A stretch of DNA of 64,000 nt, from positions 62,001 to 126,000 of the forward strand of contig NIVC01002838.1 in the NCBI GenBank assembly GCA_002269645.1. Direction: 5' to 3'. This document shows, piece by piece, positions 58,465 through 64,000 of the stretch. The notes under the pieces were generated by a model. It made no database searches and was not told the DNA's origin. It saw nothing but the letters and a program-made list of their open reading frames with translations. Source of the DNA: Macrostomum lignano. Lineage: Eukaryota. Numbering within the stretch: the first letter of the stretch is position 1; each line of letters starts with the position of its first letter. A program made the translations under genes and the position numbers.

Positions 58465-58562
58465 ATCAGTCAAAGGCAGGCTTGGCACCCCATTGCTGTT
58501 CCCCGGCTGCTCAGTTGATGATGAGGCTCGGTAGACGCAGCTTCCAAGACGGATGGCCTCGC
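58465..58562 (-). CDS. Putative exon ([32 protein letters not shown]), gene assignment uncertain
   Basis: cacctcag|GC ... GAT|gtgagt. The only open frame is phase 1-0. Confidence 0.35.
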
Positions 58563-58789
58563 CTGAGGTGATAAAATTGGACCAGAGAGTCTGTGGCGAG
58601 TGTGTGCTGTCACACCTGCCTTACCCCCACCTACCTCACTAGCTACAAAGAATGTACCTGCTTTACTAACGTCAAGGTCTACTTTTCTGTCTTTACATCT
58701 ACCAAGTCTGCACCGCTTGGATGCTGCTCTGTCTACCTCACCAGCTAGTCTGCCAACCTCAGTAGCTCCCCTGCCTACCTTACTAGAGC

Positions 58790-59105
58790 ACCCCTGTCTA
58801 CCTCACTAGAGCTCCCGTGTCTACCTCAGTAGCTCCCCTGTCTACCTCACTAGCTCCCGTGTCTACCTCACTAGCTCCCGTGTCTACCTCACTACCTCCC
58901 GTGTCTACCTCACTAGCTCCCCTGTCTACCTCACTAGCTCCGCTCCCGTGTCTACCTCACTAGCTCCCATGTCTACCTCACTAGCTCCCCTGTCTACCTC
59001 ACTACCTCCCGTGTCTACCTGACTAGCTCCCTGTCTACCTCACTAGCTCCCTGTCTACCTCACTAGCTCCCTGTCTACCTCACTAGCTCCTGTGTCTATC
59101 TCATA
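58790..59105 (+). repeat. Minisatellite, ~21-bp unit CTACCTCACTAGCTCCCGTGT
   Basis: About 15 copies. Confidence 0.93.
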
Positions 59106-59186
59106 GCTCCCGTGTCCATTTACTAAAACCGAACAACTGAACATCCCGATGAACTTTTCCGCATAAGCCAGCCCAGCCAGACTTAC

Positions 59187-59261
59187 CCAATCGGTTCCGT
59201 TTATCTCTGTAGGCAATTCTAATGCTATTAAAGTCTCGCCGACCCTGGTACAGGTCCATAT
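59187..59261 (-). CDS. Putative exon (MDLYQGRRDFNSIRIAYRDKRNRL), gene assignment uncertain
   Basis: gtatttgtag|AT ... TTGG|gtaagt, phase 1-1. Joins 58562 or 57758 in frame. Confidence 0.4.
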
Positions 59262-59892
59262 CTACAAATACCAATAATAACTCGCGGCTAACAAAAGTAA
59301 CTATATTATTCTCTGTTAACTCTCCGTGTGGGAAAGTTTGCCAATGAAAGGAAAAAATTACTTGTCTATACAGCGCCGAAAGCAAATGTTCTCAAACTAT
59401 TAAAGTCAGCTTGAAGCAAACATTGCAGCAAAAAAGAAATCTGCACGCCCCCCTACTCCCCCAGTTTTTCAATTCTGTTTCTACCCAGCAAAGTGCATTC
59501 GAGCCGAGCCAACGAGAGCCAAGCAACCGCCGAGGCAGCAAAGAAACTGCAAAGCAAAAAAATGAGAAGAAAAAAACGATTAAGTTTTTGCCAACTCTCA
59601 CCCCCCTCTCTCGCTGTGCGCAGGTCACGCGGGGTGAGGGCTAGCGGCGCTGTGCAGTACTGCTCAAACTGAATTCCTACACAGCTCACTCAACCATATT
59701 TATTGTTCAACTGTGTACATCATTCCTCTGACAATATTTCTTTGCACAAGAAGCCAAGGCTGACAAATGGTCAACTCAAAATTCATTTCTTATCTCTGCT
59801 GTTAGCGGGCCCCACCCCGTTAGCCAAGCAACCGGTCTGTCAGTTTGCCAAGCTGCACTGTGCGACCCACTGTGCAATTGCAGGGCTTTATA

Positions 59893-60888
59893 CGAGGGGT
59901 GTCCAAAAAGTAGTGATACTTTTAACCGTAGCTCTCGTTCTGTAGCTTCCTGTGATTTAAAATTTTATGAACTGATAGCGGAAAATCTCTTCTACAGACT
60001 GCTTTTTGAATTTTTAAAATTGATACCAGAGAACAAAAGTTATACCCACAAAAGTAACAGTACCTGTACCATAGAGTTACACAAATTATAGGCTGAGCTT
60101 CACGAGATCCATGCCGAGTAAGCTTCGATGAATTGTTGATTTCGGCTTGTCCAACCTGTCAGCGATCTCTCTAATGGTCATTCGGGAGTCCTCGTCAAGA
60201 AGATTCAGAATGGAGTCCGCCAGTACATCAGGTCGATGAACGTATGGCCGCCCCGTCCAATGCTGATCTGCCAAGTCAATCCTTCCCTCGCTGAACTGCT
60301 CCATCCATCGATAAACTGTCATTTTGCTGACCGCAGAGGATCCGTGCGCAGAGCAAAGTTTTGCGTGAATTTCTGAGGCACCATGGCCAGCGCCCCAAAG
60401 AGTGAAGATAGTACTTTGCTGAGCAACAACTGAGTGCACATTCATGTGTGTTGTCGAGTATGGGCAATGAAATCATGAACGAATCGCAAAATGCAAGCGA
60501 TCCTCTGTTTGCAAGTAAAGTAATGCATTTAATGCTTTATTTTTCTGCGCCTGATCCCGCGTCCATAGACAAATTTCAGTCAGTCACAGTGAGCATCATT
60601 TTGCAATTGGGGTTTGGTATTGCTTAAACAAGACATTTATCGATGCCTTCTTAATGAATGAGTGCAGAAGTCAACTATTATAAATTTCGATATAATTTGT
60701 GTAACTCTATGGTACAGGTACTGTTACTTTCGTGGGTATAACTTTTGTTCTCTAGTATCAATTTTAAAAATTCAAAAAGCAGTCTGTAGAAGAGATTTTC
60801 CGCTATCAGTTCATAAAATTTTAAATCACAGGAAGCTACAGAACGAGAGCTACGGTTAAAAGTATCACTACTTTTTGGACACCCCTCG
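59893..60888 (-). mobile_element. Internally deleted mariner element (996 bp) with 198-bp near-perfect TIRs and TA target duplication
   Basis: TA|CGAGGGGTGTCC...GGACACCCCTCG|TA. 59893-60090 is the reverse complement of 60691-60888 with about 2 mismatches. ORF 60086-60445 encodes the mariner N-terminal HTH pair (ASEIHAKL..AHG..AVSKMTVYRWMEQFSEG; GRP; MTIREIADRL...KSTIHR). Confidence 0.95.
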
Positions 60889-61074
60889 TAGTTTCTGTTT
60901 GCTTGGGCAATGATTTGAGCAGTCCAATTGTGTGGCTACTCTGTGCTCAGCAAGGTGTCACGCTTAAGATGGTGTTAAAGCGGGTGGGAGGCTGGTTGGT
61001 CAGAAACTGAGAACAGATTTTTTCCGTCGCGAGGGGCGACACGGAAGCAAAAAAGAATGAACTGATGAAAGAAA

Positions 61075-61127
61075 AGATAGATAGATAGATAGATGAATAG
61101 ATGGATAGATAGATAGATGGATAGATG

Positions 61128-61198
<71 letters not shown>

Positions 61199-61220
61199 GA
61201 ATAGATAAATAGATAGATAC

Positions 61221-61280
<60 letters not shown>

Positions 61281-61291
61281 ATGGATAGATG

Positions 61292-61328
<37 letters not shown>

Positions 61329-61329
61329 G

Positions 61330-61383
<54 letters not shown>

Positions 61384-61395
61384 AATGGATAGATG

Positions 61396-61455
<60 letters not shown>

Positions 61456-61500
61456 GATAGATACATAGATAGATAGATAGATAGATAGATAGTAGATAGC
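61075..61500 (+). repeat. Microsatellite (GATA)n
   Basis: About 105 units, with a shorter run at 61625-61685. Confidence 0.98.
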
Positions 61501-62104
61501 GAGAAAGAGCGAGCGAAGCGAGCTCTTTCGAGCTTGCTTGCCGCAGCCAATCAAGCTGAATGCACGCACACAAGATCACCGGTCACAAGATTATCACAAG
61601 ATTAAGACGCACACAAGATTATCCGATAGATAGATAGATAGATGGATAGATAGATAGATGGATAGATAGATAGATTGATAGGTAAATACACAGATAGATC
61701 CTTAAGCAGTGGATCTTATCAGTTAATTTAATTTCATTACAAACGTAATAAACTTACAGTAATTAGCTAGGCGTTGCTTTGATTCACTGATCCGATGTGC
61801 TTTAAATTATTTAGCAGAAATCTAAATTTTGTTAAATTAGTTTGACACAGTGCTGCAGTTTATTTTTTAAAACTTCTATAGGAAAAGTGAATGCCCGTTT
61901 TAAGCCAAATAAATATTTAATCCGATCTTGGTTACTGTCTTGCGGTTTCCAACGAGGTCAGTTGCGGGTTCTGAATTTGTATTTTCTGAGTTCACGAGAC
62001 TAAAGGCGTCAAAGTTAAGTAGAATGAGTCGTTGGGTTCTGTTCAGACTGAGATGGTGAAAGGCAGACAAGAAACTTAATGCTAAACAGGATTGGCTGTT
62101 AAAC

Positions 62105-64000
62105 AAAGAAATCTGTTAGACAGGGGAATCTGTTAGACAGGGGGAATCTGTTAGACAGAGGGGAATCTTTTAGACAGGTGGAATCTGTTAGACAGGGGAA
62201 TCTGTTAGACAGGGGAATCTGTTAGACAGGGGCAATCTGTTAGACAGGGCAATCTGTTAGACAGGGCAATCTGTTAGACAGGGGGAATCTGTTAGACAAT
62301 GGAAATCTGTTAGACAGGGGAATCTGTTAGACAGGGGAATCTGTTAGACAGGGGAATCTGTTAGACAGGGGGGAATCTGTTAGACAGAGGAATTTGTTAG
62401 ACAGAGGGGAATCTGTTAGACAGGGGGAATTTGTTAGACAGGGGAATCTGTTAGACAGGGGAATCTGTTAGACAGGGGAATCTGTTAGACAGGGGAATCT
62501 GTTAGACAGGGGAATTTGTTAGACAGAGGGGAGTTTGTTAGACAGAGGGGAATTTGTTAGACAGAGGGGAATCTGTTAGACAGGGGGAATTTGTTAGACA
62601 GGGGAATCTGTTAGACAGGGGAATCTGTTAGACAGGGGAATCTGTTAGACAGGGGAATCTTTTAGACAGGTGGAATCTGTTAGACAGGGGAATCTGTTAG
62701 ACAGGGCAATCTGTTAGACAGGGGAATCTGTTAGACAGGGGAATTTGTTAGACAGAGGGGAATTCGATAGACAGAGGGGAATTTGTTAGACAGAGGGGAA
62801 TCTGTTAGACAGGGGGGAATTTGTTAGACAGAGGGGAATCTGTTAGACAATGGAAATCTGTAGGGGAATCTGTTAGACAGAGGGGAATTTGTTAGACAGG
62901 GGGAATCTGTTAGACAGGGGAATCTGTTAGACAGGGGAATCTGTTAGACAGGGGGGAATCTGTTAGACAGGGGGAATTTGTTAGACAGGGGAATCTGTTA
63001 GACAGGGGAATCTGTTAGACAGGGGAATCTGTTAGACAGGGGAATTTGTTAGACAGAGGGGAATTTGTTAGACAGAGGGGAATTTGTTAGACAGAGGGGA
63101 ATCTGTTAGACAGGGGAATCTGTTAGACAGGGGAATCTGTTAGACAGGGGAATTTGTTAGACAGGGGGAATCTGTTAGACAGGGGGGAATCTTTTAGACA
63201 GGTGGAATCTGTTAGACAGGGCAATCTGTTAGACAGGGCAATCTGTTAGACAGGGCAATCTGTTAGACAGGGCAATCTGTTAGACAGGGGGAATCTGTTA
63301 GACAATGGAAATCTGTTAGACAGGGGAATCTGTTAGACAGGGGGGAATCTGTTAGACAGGGGGGAATCTGTTAGACAGAGGAATTTGTTAGACAGAGGGG
63401 AATCTGTTAGACAGGGGGAATTTGTTAGACAGGGGAATCTGTTAGACAGGGGAATCTGTTAGACAGATGGGAATTTGTTAGACAGAGGGGAATTTGTTAG
63501 ACAGAGGGGAATCTGTTAGACAGGGGGGAATTTGTTAGACAATGGAAATCTGTTAGACAAGGGGGAAACTGTTAGACACGGGGGAATCTGTTAGACAATG
63601 GAAATCTGTTAGACAGGGGAATCTGTTAGACAGAGGGGAATCTGTTAGACAGGGGAATCTGTTAGACAGGGGAATCTGTTAGACAGAGGGGAATCTGTTA
63701 GACAGAGGGGAATCTGTTAGACAGGGGGAATCTGTTAGACAATAGAAATCTGTTAGACAGAGGGGAATCTGTTAGACAGGGGGAATCTGTTAGACAATAG
63801 AAATCTGTTAGACAGGGGAATCTGTTAGACAGAGGGGAATCTGTTAGACAGGGGAATCTGTTAGACAGGGGGAATCTGTTAGACAATAGAAATCTGTTAG
63901 ACAGGGGAATCTGTTAGACAGAGGGGAATCTGTTAGACAGGGGAATCTGTTAGACAGGGGAATCTGTTAGACAGAGGGGAATCTGTTAGACAGAGGGGAA
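62105..64000 (+). repeat. Minisatellite, 18-21-bp unit GGGGAATCTGTTAGACAG, running off the window end
   Basis: About 95 copies with variable G-run length. Confidence 0.98.

Overview
Repeat-rich, intron-containing animal genomic DNA. It is probably an invertebrate; GC-rich exons with a different minisatellite in most long introns recall flatworms such as Macrostomum, but that is inference only. Genes were rebuilt by hand from GT-AG sites and reading phase: (1) the 3' end of a caspase-3/7-like gene (+, 1-156); (2) a 3-exon DEG/ENaC (ASIC/FaNaC-like) channel (-, 6699-9034, about 610 aa) whose thumb domain has lost two disulfide pairs together; (3) a 3-exon calmodulin-like gene (-, 11498-14272, 195 aa) with an N-terminal extension and a degenerate C-lobe, plus a decayed copy of its last exon near 1 kb; (4) a very divergent 4-exon alpha-type tubulin (+, 17846-21029, about 742 aa) that lacks the catalytic T7-loop residues and has an ~110-aa insertion before H12 and an ~190-aa tail, partly in an exon the ORF track misses; (5) a Ca2+/calmodulin-dependent phosphodiesterase PDE1 (-, 13 linked exons 23455-40897, possible further 5' exons to about 59.3 kb). 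Mobile DNA comprises a Tc1/IS630-like relic with long TIRs, a tRNA-derived CORE-type SINE, a 996-bp mariner derivative with 198-bp TIRs, and a direct-repeat-bounded cassette with an ORF and a long hairpin. About 30 tandem arrays fill roughly 40-45% of the window and generate most of the long low-complexity ORFs. Several arrays share cores (CTGTTAGACA, TGGCGCCA, AGGTGAG). No database searches were possible; family calls rest on recognised motifs.
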